Made by a program: the position numbers and the translations under genes. Below the pieces are notes generated by a model. The model saw only the letters and a program-made list of their open reading frames with translations, had not been told where the DNA came from and did not search any database. Below, one piece after another: positions 1 to 9,366 of a stretch of DNA of 64,000 nucleotides (its first letter is position 1; every line of letters starts with the position of its first letter). The DNA is from Thecamonas trahens ATCC 50062. Its lineage: Eukaryota > Protista > Apusomonadida. The stretch is from the NCBI RefSeq assembly GCF_000142905.1, contig NW_013657631.1, positions 124,001 through 188,000 on the forward strand, written 5' to 3'.

Positions 1-191
1 AACGGCGACAAGGGGGGAGGGGAGGGGGGGGAGGAAGGACATGCGGTGGTGGTGGTGGGTGTGGGTGTAGAGGGGGAGGGAGTGGACGTACTGGCGGCAA
101 GAGTGGCTGCGCGGTGTGGGTTCCGTCGCTGCTCCTCCTTGAGCTTTGCTGCAAGCCTCCGTATGCACATCTTGTTCGTCTTGTGCACACG

Positions 192-739
192 ATGACCATG
201 GACTACTTGCACGTCACTGGCAACCGTAAGTGCTCGGCCGCAGCACCAGCAAAGGTCACTGTCCGACATGCCAGCCCTCCTCGCACAAGCTCTCGCTCTC
301 CACTTGCACAACGAGAAGTGCCTTTCCCCCCCCCCCCCCCCCCCCTTCCTTCTGCACCCACCCCCGCCAATAAGCCTGAACATGGCATCACATACACAAA
401 CTACCAATGTTCCGGTCACAATTGGTGAAACACGTGCACACAACAGGTCGACCTGGTCAGCCAGCGATGGTTGGGGCGGGTACCATTGCATTGACCTGCT
501 ACTGGTCTCTGCCTGGAATGATACACACTACCATTGACATACCCCAATGCCATAAGCTTGGTTTTGTCGTGCCACCCGATGATCTCAAGTCGGCGTACAT
601 ACCAAGCCAGAGGTGGTGGGTAGCAGCCACCACTACCACCCGGATACGAACGATGCCGGCCTTGAAGCCCGATCCGTCCTCACCCGATATGGTATTCATC
701 CATGCCCCCATCGTTACCCAGCTCAAGCCTCTCCCCTAG
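192..739 (+). CDS. Possible small two-exon hypothetical protein, or the 3' part of a gene starting upstream
   Basis: GTAAGT donor at about 226 and CAG acceptor at about 447 join ORF 114..428 in frame to ORF 407..739. No recognisable domain and weak codon bias. Confidence 0.3.
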
Positions 740-933
740 CCGCCTGCTCGGTTCCAGTGAGCCCAGCCGTGGCTTGTCTGGCGCACCTTGTCGGTGGTCA
801 TCGAGATGTGATCGACGTCGATCTCGAGTTAGCCTCTAAGCAGTCACACGGTTGGTCTGACTCGGCCAGGAAAGACGTCCGGAGCTGGCAAGAGGCCGGG
901 CGGAGGTACTCTCGTCGCGCATATTCTGCAGAC

Positions 934-2214
934 ATGAGCGAGGACGACCCGTTTGCGCCAGCATCCCCTCCGCCTACCTCTGCCCAGCAGCAGGCTGAGG
1001 GTGATGACGGTGATGCCCAGGGTGCCGAGGAGACGACCGATAGCTCGTCCAAGAAGAAGGACCTCAGCCCCGAGGAGCGTGAGGCCCGCCGGAAGCGGAA
1101 GGAGGCCAAGCGGAAGAAGAAGCAAGAGGACAAGCGGAAGCGCGAGGTAAGCAGTACATGTGAATATATTTCATTCCCATCCCCTTCCCCACCATCTTTC
1201 CCGTGTGCCCCCCTCCCCTCCTCTCCCCTTCTCTGTCCGCTTGCTGGCGCATGTCGTCGTCCAAGTCACGTTCGCCTGAACTGGCTCTCCTGCCGCGGCA
1301 AACCAAGGCCAGCACGCGGCATGCAGACCAGCTACTAGCTAGTCACATCCTCAAGATTGTTGAACATGCTGCATACATACGTTGTGCCGACTTTGTCCTC
1401 GCTGTCTCCTTTGGTTCAGCAGGCGGCGCCCTGGAGGGCGTCGCCCTCGGGCTCGTCTCGCGCCGACCCCTTTTTTGGGTAGCTGCGATGCGACGCTCCT
1501 CCTGCTTGCTCGCCCGTTTTACTGGCTTGATCGGCGGTGACGCAGTGGAAGCGCGCGCTGGCTGAGGGCCTTCTGTACTGAGGGATGTCGCATGTTGTGC
1601 AGAAAATAGTGTGAATGGGCAACTTACGCTTGAGGATGGTGTGGTGTGCGGATTCGCGGTGATGATCCGGATCGATGGCCATGGTGTGGCGCTGACGGCG
1701 ATGTCGGCCGGTCTCGTTGGTACGGTGGGCTTCTACGTCATGATGTGGACAGATCATTGTGAGCAAGGAGTCGTCGGCGTATGGCCACTTTCAGTCTGTG
1801 CAGCCGGAGCCGAGCAAGAAGCTCTCGACGCTGCACACGACTGCGTACATTGCGCCCGAGCAGTCGCGGTTCTTTGACGCTGCGGTGGACGATCCGGTGA
1901 AGCATGGCGATGGGTTTTCGGCGTACACAACGTACCGGACCCGGGTCAAGTCGTCGGATCCCGAGTTTGCACCGATGGTCGACATCCGGCTGCGATACTC
2001 GGACTTTCACAACCTGCGGACGCAGCTCGTCGAGGCCCACCCGACGATGCTGGTGCCCAACTTGCCGCCGAAGCAAATATTCGGACGGTTCAACCCCAAG
2101 TTTGTGGAGAAGCGCGCGCTCGGCCTGACCAAGTTCCTCAACCTCGTTGTCTCGCACGCTGTCTTTGGCAAGTCGCCGCATCTCATCGACATGTTCAAGC
2201 TCAACCGCTCGTGA
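934..2214 (+). CDS. PX (phox homology) domain protein, sorting-nexin-like, with an acidic/Lys-rich N-terminus
   Basis: Exon 1 934..1146 ends at a GTAAGC donor. CAG acceptor at 1752 gives a phase-0 join. Exon 2 has PX motifs YTTYRTRV, RLRYSDFHNL, PNLPPKQIFGRF and FVEKRALGLTKFL. Confidence 0.8.
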
Positions 2215-2301
2215 TCGATGCTGGCTCACGGCTGTGTACTTTGTGGTAAACACGAGTTGCCTCTGCAAGTGGTAGCTGCGGTGAGGCGCGCGTTGCGAAG
2301 A

Positions 2302-4274
2302 TCACATAAAGCCTGACGACGACGAGTAGCCCGACGAGTAGCCCGATGAGCCACCCGATGAGCCGCCTGATGAGCCGCCGCCCTGCGAGCAGCCCGTCGA
2401 AGTGCAGATCCAGCCGGCAGGACAGCAGAGGCCAGAGGTCGGGCAGCATACGCCCGAGTCGGTGGCGCAGCAGCCCCACGAGCAGCAGACGTTGTGGACG
2501 GCGCAGACGCCACCGGGTGCGCCTCCGCACGGCGCCGACGGGAACGACGGCGTAAACGCAGCGTCAACACCCGCCACAAAGTAGCCATCGCCTGAGGTCA
2601 GGAACGCCTTGGGCCCGAGCTTCACATCCTTGACCAGCGGCAGACGCGCGCCGGGATGCAGTGCCTTGGCCGCTGCCGAGCCGAGGAGATCAAAGAGCGC
2701 CGCAAACTGCGAAGCCGCGACGGTGCCGACATTCGAGAACGCCAGGACCGACGAGGGGAAGGTGATCGAGTCGAGAGTGGCATTGAGCTCGAGCTGGGCG
2801 TCGGGCGTCAGCGTGGCTGCGAGGCTTCCAGCGACGTCCATTTCCACCACCAGCTGAAAGGCGGTAACCGGCTGGGCGGCATCGACCACGAACGTCATGT
2901 TGATGGTAAACGGACTGGCGTCAAGGCCGGCAGCCGAGTAGTTGGCGCGCGGCGCAGAGACTAGGTCAAGCGTGACGGAGATGCCGAGGCCCGGGTACTT
3001 GGAGAGGCCCGGAACGGCGGCAGCAAAAAATGGATCCGAGGTGTTGAGCTTGACTGGCGAGTCGGCCGGCACCAGCTGCGGCGGGATGGTGACGCCTGAG
3101 AGCTTGCCCGATGTCGCCAGGGCCCACAGGCCCGATGAGAGCAGGTAGTCGGTGCCGACAACTGCCACTCCGGTCGAGATGTTGGCAAACGCGCTGGCAG
3201 GTGGCACCACCTTGGGCGCAAACGGCGGCAAGACGCCGGGCTTGTTCTCGATGCTGCCGGCAAGCTCAAAGACGAGGCCGCCAAAGTCCGGGACTGTGCC
3301 AAACGCACCCGTGAGGACAACATCCATGGCCAGGTCTGGCACCGCGACCGTGGTTGCGATCTTGTCGACAATCTTGGTCGCTTCCTCGCCGACCACCTTG
3401 AGCACTGTCGCCTCAAAGGTGGCCACAAAGTTCGAGGCGACTCCCTGGGCAATCTTGTCGACCGGGATGACGCAGATTGAGTCGGAGCACTGAATGAGAA
3501 TCTCCACATGGCTCTCGGTATCAAGCGTGACCGACTGAGCCAGGTACGCCACATTCGGCCCCGAGAACGTCAGCTCGCCGTCGACGGACAGTGGGACCGG
3601 AACAAGTGTCATGATCTCGATGATGCCCGACTCCTTCGGGTGCGGCCAGGCGTCGGCGCGGACGTGGTAGTTGAACACAATCGAGAATCCGAGCTTCCCC
3701 CACGACGCCGAGAGCTTGGGTGCCGCCGCAGCATTGAGAGCAAAGTCTTCCAGCGCTACATTGTATCGGATGTTGGAGAAGGTGTACGACACGCCTCCAC
3801 CTGATCCGGACACATCTGGCGACGTTGTGTCGAGATTGGCCGTATCCGCCACCTTGAGAGACAGCTGAGCGCGCGCGAGGGGGGGGATGGGGGGGGGGCG
3901 GATGAGTAGGCACGATCGCGTCATGATCGAGAGGATGGGCGCGATCACGGTCATGACCTTTCTGGTCACAAGCACGATCACCATCTCGGCCACCATCTCG
4001 GCCACCATCTCGGCTACCATCTCGGCTACCATCTCGGCTACCATCACAAAGGGGAAGCAAACACGATCATACGCCCCATACGCCGGGCTAGGCTATCATC
4101 TCCCTTTCTCCTCGCTCTCGCTACCCTTACCTCCCTCCCCACCTCGTCCACAAAGGCCTCTGACAGTGCCAGGTAGAGACCGGCAGGGTCTGGGAAGGCA
4201 GCCACAGGCACGGCCACAAGCCCAGCAGCAGCAACCAGGAGCACAAGGCAGAGTGCTGGGTAGCGCGATAACAT
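2302..4274 (-). CDS. Secreted BPI/LBP/CETP (TULIP) family lipid-binding protein with a C-terminal granulin-like 12-Cys module
   Basis: Exon 1 4274..4143 encodes a signal peptide plus PAGLYLALSEAFVDE, typical of a BPI N-terminus. Exon 2 starts at 3864 and has BPI-like segments (PDVSGS..VSYTFSNI, GTDYLLSSGLWAL, LNTSDPFFAAAVPGL). Tail pattern C-C-CC-CC-CC-CC-C-C. Confidence 0.75.
3978..4045. repeat. Intronic 12-bp tandem repeat (CCATCTCGGCYA), about 5.5 copies
   Basis: Directly visible. It produces the spurious MVAE repeat at the start of ORF 2302..4047. Confidence 0.9.
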
Positions 4275-4639
4275 GACGAGTACTACGTCAAGTGTGCACT
4301 CGTAAACTCTGTCAACTGCTACTTGCTGCCGTTGGCTTTGGTGCCCGGCAGAGGGAGGAGGGAGGCCAGGGGGGCTCACGCACGCATGCGCATGCGCATC
4401 GCGGTCCAGCAACGCTACTTTTTTTTTCTCGCACTTGTTACGTTTCCTCCTCTTCTCCCCTGCCCCATCCACATCGTGTACAAGAAGAGGGGTAGGCCCA
4501 GTCAGGGATCGGTTCAATTAGGGGTGCAGTGGAGGTAGAACAGACCACACGCTTCCTGTGTGGTCTCTGATCAGTCGGCAGCAACCTGTTATCGGTCGGC
4601 AGCGGCCTGCTGTCAGTGGTAGTGTTGCCGTCATAGGGC

Positions 4640-5419
4640 TTAGTACGGGTTGTCACGTCGGCTGGCGCGGGCACGGCGGCGGCGGGCGGCTGTTCGCGGT
4701 GTGACGTTGGCCTCGGCTCGAAGTGCCTCGCGGGTCGCTCGCGCAGCCTGCTCGCGCTCGTTGCCAGCTTCGGCCGCCTGCGTTGCCGAGATCTTCTCCT
4801 CGACAACCTTGAGCATGTCACGTGCGCGATCGAGCGTGGTCCCGATCTCGATGGAGAGCGTGCGGAGGGTGTTGACAAAGACCAGAAACTTGCGAGCGAG
4901 TGGGCCGTCCTTGGCCTCACCGCGCCTGGCGCCGCTGCTCGGCGCGGCGAGCTCGAGCTTGGGCAAGTCGAGCGCGGCCGAGGTGGCGGCAGCGACGCGA
5001 CGGGCGGCGTCGATGGCCGGCTTTGCCAGCGCGTGCGGCACCGCGCTCCGCTTGGGCTGGACCTCACCAGCAAGCAGTGCAACGGCGTTCTGCAGGCTGC
5101 GGATCTCCTGTGCGACAGCGTCGTGATCGGCCGCCGTGCCGACCCGCGACTGGCCACTTGTGAAGCTCGGGGCGGTGTTCTCGTCGTCGCCGGCGCCCTC
5201 GTCCTCCTCATACATCATCTCCACCACTTCGGTGTTGGCCTCGAGCTCCTGCTCGAGCGCCTTGATGAACGCAGCCGCCGCCAGGCGGACCTTCTTCTTT
5301 GCCCGGCTATCCATCATGCTCCGCTCGTCGTCGGCGAGCCAGGCCTCCAGCTCCGAGTTGATCGCCTTGGCCACCTTGCGCGACCGCGTTGCCTCGGAAG
5401 GTACCACCACCCTCGACAT
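4640..5419 (-). CDS. Hypothetical coiled-coil protein
   Basis: Long ORF with GC3-biased codons from ATG 5419 (MSRVVVPSEA). Ala/Glu/Arg-rich helical segments, no recognised domain. Confidence 0.65.
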   Translation of the reverse strand: MSRVVVPSEATRSRKVAKAINSELEAWLADDERSMMDSRAKKKVRLAAAAFIKALEQELEANTEVVEMMYEEDEGAGDDENTAPSFTSGQSRVGTAADHDAVAQEIRSLQNAVALLAGEVQPKRSAVPHALAKPAIDAARRVAAATSAALDLPKLELAAPSSGARRGEAKDGPLARKFLVFVNTLRTLSIEIGTTLDRARDMLKVVEEKISATQAAEAGNEREQAARATREALRAEANVTPRTAARRRRARASRRDNPY

Positions 5420-6120
5420 CCTTCCCTCAGTGGCGTAGACAAGTCGAGTGCCCTTCACTATGCCGTTGGCCCTTCTCCCGCCTCTCGGCCCGCCACGGCT
5501 GCTCCTCTTGTCCGCGCCAGTTTGCCGCTCGCTTTGGCGCCAATGGGCGCCGCTGACACCGCCCCCGACAGCCAAATAAAAAGTTACAGCGCACAAATTG
5601 AGTGGCAGTTTGGGAGGTTTACAGTGACTGTTCCCCGTCAAAAACGATCGTCGGTCACGCGACGTCGCCGGGCCACAGAGTCGGACATTCGACTCTCGTA
5701 CACCACCTTGTCACCGACATTGCTCACGCGAACTCGGCATCCTACGCATAAAGTTGGTTTACATCTGAGCTACACAACTGCTCACACTCTCAGCTTACTT
5801 TTCGAAACCGGTGAACTGTACGTAGTGGGCGAGGAGGTCGGGGGTCATGCTTGCGGTACTTGCGGTGACTTTGCGGCGAGCGGCGAGTTTGGGCGAAGCG
5901 CCATGGTTTCCTCTTGGCAAAGGAGTGCGGATGTGCGGCGGGTGATGATGATGACGAATATTTCGCCGCAGTGTGCCTGTTCCGGTGTATTACCCGCGCT
6001 CGTGATCTGCCCATCCAGCAGCGTTTCGCCGCGGTGTGACCCATGCTTGCGGGGAAGGGGGAGGCACACTTTACGCACAGGGTGCACCTTACACTGTGGG
6101 GTGCAGCTGTGCAGATAACT

Positions 6121-8883
6121 ATGGCCAAGCGTAACGGTGGTGGCACCTCCGGAAGCAAATCTAAGGCCAAGCGGCGGCCGCGGCTGTACGGGCTGGTGAA
6201 GCAGAAGAAGATGGCGGCTGCCGAGCGGGTGGTGGAGGAGATGACCGCCGAGGGGCATGCCCTGGGCGTAGTCGAGTACACCATGCTCGTGCGCGGGTAC
6301 ACGGCTTGCGGCCAGCTGGAGCAAGCCGAGGCGGTGCTGGATCGCATGGCGGCGGCAAATGTGGCGCCGAATGACGTCACCTTTAACACCCTCATGCAGG
6401 GCTACGCGTCGCGCAAGCGCATGGACGCTGCCGAGGCCGTCGCCCGCCGCATGGTCCGCTCAGGCATTCCCATGGACCACTACTCGTTCAACATTCTTCT
6501 GGGCGGCTACATTGAGGCCCATGCCATCGAGGCTGCTGAGGAGCTGGTGTGCTCCCGGATGCCGGCCGCTGGCGTGGCCTACGACCCGGTCACCTTTACC
6601 CAGCTCCTCCGCGGCTACGTGCTCATTCGCGACATTTCGTCAGCCGAGAATGTACTTAAGCGGATGCGGGCTGCCGGGCTCGACCCCGAGTGTATGACGT
6701 ACAACAACCTCGCACAGGGCTACACTGCCGAGAAGCGGATGGACCTCGCCGAGGACGCGGTCAACCGCATGATTGCTGCCGGCATTGCCCCGAACAACTA
6801 CACGTACAACATCATTCTGCAGGGCTACACCCGCTCGCGCGACATGACCACCGCCGAGGACGTTGTTGCCCGCATGCGTGCTGCCGGCCTCTCGCCCGAC
6901 CGCTTCACCTACTCGGCCTTGGTTCGCGGCTACGTCGAGGTCGGCCATGGCGACGCTGCTCGTGGCTGCGTTGCCGAGGCCCACGAGGCCGGCGTCCGCC
7001 TCGACCACAACATCATGAAACTGGCCGCAAAGGCCCGCAATCGCAAGGGCGGCAATGTTAAGAGCGGCAAGCAGGGCAAGCCGAGCAGCTCGTCCAAGAG
7101 CAAGAAGAAGAGCAAGCGCCCAAAGTCGCCGCGCGACTCGATTGCTGCCGGCGGCGGCTCTTCGACCCGCGACGATGCGAGCGACGGCAAGTTCGCCGGC
7201 TGGGGCCCACGGAGCGGGCCTCCTCTCCGCACCTCGGCCGCTGCTCCGGCCGCCGCTAACCCGCCGGTCTCGGCCGCTGCCAACATATCTAAGCTCGTCC
7301 GCCAGCAGCGGCTCGACGACGCTGTGCTGGTGCTGGAGGCCAAGCTGGCAGCCGGCAAGCCTGCCGCGCTTGCGTACTACACCCAGGTTGTGCGCGGCTT
7401 TGTGCGCGCCGGGCGGACCGACGATGCGTCGGACCTTGTCCGCAGCATGCCCGAGCACGGCGTGCAGGCCGACGTCGTCACCTTTACCGCCCTTGTTCAG
7501 GGCTACATGGACGAGGGTATTCCGGCCGCCGCCGAGGAGGCCGTTGAGTGGATGCTCGCTGTGGGTATTGTGCCCAAGACCCACACCTACAACGTCCTCA
7601 TCCGCGGCTACATCAACGGCGGCAACCTCCGCGCAGCATCCGGTGTCATTCTCCGCATGCGCGCTAATGGCTGCCAGCCCGACCACCTCACCTACGCGCT
7701 CCTCATCCGCGCCCACCTCGAAGCTGGTAACCTCAACTCGGCCAGGATGGCCTACGACGAGATGCAGGCCTCGGGCATTGTGCCTGATCCGGTCCTCGCT
7801 CGCGACATTGCCGCCCTCAATGGCAATGGCTATGAGTATGGCTACGACGCGACGGCCGCCGCTGCCAACGGCAGCTCCTCGCCGCGCTCGCTCCCCTACG
7901 CGGTGGCTGCCTCGCAGGCCATCACACCCAGTCCTATCCCCACCGCTCGCGTTTCGATGACCCTCGGCGGCGCCAAGGCCAAGCTCGCCCGCGCGCTCAA
8001 GAAGCGCAAGTACGCCGAGGCCGAAGCTATCCTCGCCGACATCCTAGCCACCGGCCTCCGCCCCTCCGTCGTCATGTACACCATGCTTGTGGGCGCGTAC
8101 GCGCAGTCGGGGGATGTCGCTGCTGCTGAGAACGTCATCGTCCGCATGCAGCGTGAGGCGGGCGTCGAGCCCAACGTGGTGACCTTTAACTCGCTGATGA
8201 AGGGCTACACCGCGGCCGGCGACATGGCCGCGGCCGAGGACATTCTCGATCGCATGGACTCGCGCGGCGTCGCGCCCACCGTCTTTACCTACAACACCCT
8301 CATGATGGGCTACACCCGCTCAGGCGAGATGAGTGACGCTGAAGGTGTCCGCTCCCGCATGCTCGGCCGCGGCATCGAGCCCGACCGCATCACCCTCAAC
8401 GCGCTCCTCAAGGGCTACACCCGCGTCAAGGACGTGCCGGGCATCGTCCGCTCGCTCATTGCCATCCACCACTCTCGTGTCCGCCCCGAGCCTGCCCTCC
8501 TCCGCATCGCCCACGACCTGCTCCGTGACGCCGGCATTGACCCCGACAATCTCGACGCCCAGCCGCTCGCGGACGCTCCTGCGTCAGCGCCTGCGCCTGT
8601 GCTCGCCCCGCCCTCGCATCTGTCCGCCCCTCCGGCCGCGGCCCCCTGCCACGCACCCGCCCGTCCTCGCGCTCCTCATCCGGATCCTCCACGTCGCCGC
8701 CCATTGCGCTCCTCGAGCTCGCGCGCTCTGGCCCGATGGCACTCCGCGACCGTGACGAGGGCGCTGTCGCTGCTCTCGTCCGCCGCATCCTCATGTCCGT
8801 CTGAGGCCATGCGTCTCCCTCCCCTCTCCTCTTTCTCTTCATCTCCTCCTTTTGCCATTTCTTTGGGGGCATGGACAAGGTAA
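6121..8883 (+). CDS. Pentatricopeptide repeat (P-class PPR) protein with three repeat blocks
   Basis: At least 15 repeats of 35 aa (VTFNTLMQGY, TYNIILQGY, TFNSLMKGY, each ending G..PD/PN). The extreme C-terminus is uncertain because of probable frameshifts at about 8640-8700; an alternative stop lies near 8804. Confidence 0.92.
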   Translation: MAKRNGGGTSGSKSKAKRRPRLYGLVKQKKMAAAERVVEEMTAEGHALGVVEYTMLVRGYTACGQLEQAEAVLDRMAAANVAPNDVTFNTLMQGYASRKRMDAAEAVARRMVRSGIPMDHYSFNILLGGYIEAHAIEAAEELVCSRMPAAGVAYDPVTFTQLLRGYVLIRDISSAENVLKRMRAAGLDPECMTYNNLAQGYTAEKRMDLAEDAVNRMIAAGIAPNNYTYNIILQGYTRSRDMTTAEDVVARMRAAGLSPDRFTYSALVRGYVEVGHGDAARGCVAEAHEAGVRLDHNIMKLAAKARNRKGGNVKSGKQGKPSSSSKSKKKSKRPKSPRDSIAAGGGSSTRDDASDGKFAGWGPRSGPPLRTSAAAPAAANPPVSAAANISKLVRQQRLDDAVLVLEAKLAAGKPAALAYYTQVVRGFVRAGRTDDASDLVRSMPEHGVQADVVTFTALVQGYMDEGIPAAAEEAVEWMLAVGIVPKTHTYNVLIRGYINGGNLRAASGVILRMRANGCQPDHLTYALLIRAHLEAGNLNSARMAYDEMQASGIVPDPVLARDIAALNGNGYEYGYDATAAAANGSSSPRSLPYAVAASQAITPSPIPTARVSMTLGGAKAKLARALKKRKYAEAEAILADILATGLRPSVVMYTMLVGAYAQSGDVAAAENVIVRMQREAGVEPNVVTFNSLMKGYTAAGDMAAAEDILDRMDSRGVAPTVFTYNTLMMGYTRSGEMSDAEGVRSRMLGRGIEPDRITLNALLKGYTRVKDVPGIVRSLIAIHHSRVRPEPALLRIAHDLLRDAGIDPDNLDAQPLADAPASAPAPVLAPPSHLSAPPAAAPCHAPARPRAPHPDPPRRRPLRSSSSRALARWHSATVTRALSLLSSAASSCPSEAMRLPPLSSFSSSPPFAISLGAWTR

Positions 8884-8995
8884 ACGTCCATGTTGGCAAA
8901 GTCGCCGTGTCCTGGATTCGCCGTCTTCTTGACCCGAGAGTCACTGGCACCACCAGAAGCTTTTATCCGCTACCACCTGTCTTTCAATACCAGCT

Positions 8996-9335
8996 ATGGC
9001 TCGGGTTAAGATGACAAGCATGACAGGCGGCAAGGCACCTCGCAAGTGGACAGGCGGCAAAGCGCCTGGCAAGTCTCTCTCTTCTTCGCAACCAGCGTCT
9101 ATTGACGCCCTTGAGCCCCCTGCACCTATGACGTACGTCCCCCTCCCCACGCGCGTCGCTAAATGGAAGGCTCGGCCGCCCCCCGTCTTTCTTCGGTCAC
9201 GCCCCCCCCCCCCCCCCCCCCTCCTCCCCTCCCTTACCACCCACCCATTCACCACCCACTGCCCTTAACACCCTCCCCCTCCCCCGTCCATCTCTTTTCT
9301 TTCCCCCTTCTCAGCCTCCTTTCCAACCGCTGTAG

Positions 9336-9366
<31 letters not shown>

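Noticed and set aside
8996-9268. A histone H3 gene
   Set aside because: Only tail-like motifs are present and no histone fold follows. A splice donor leads to the NTase exon instead.
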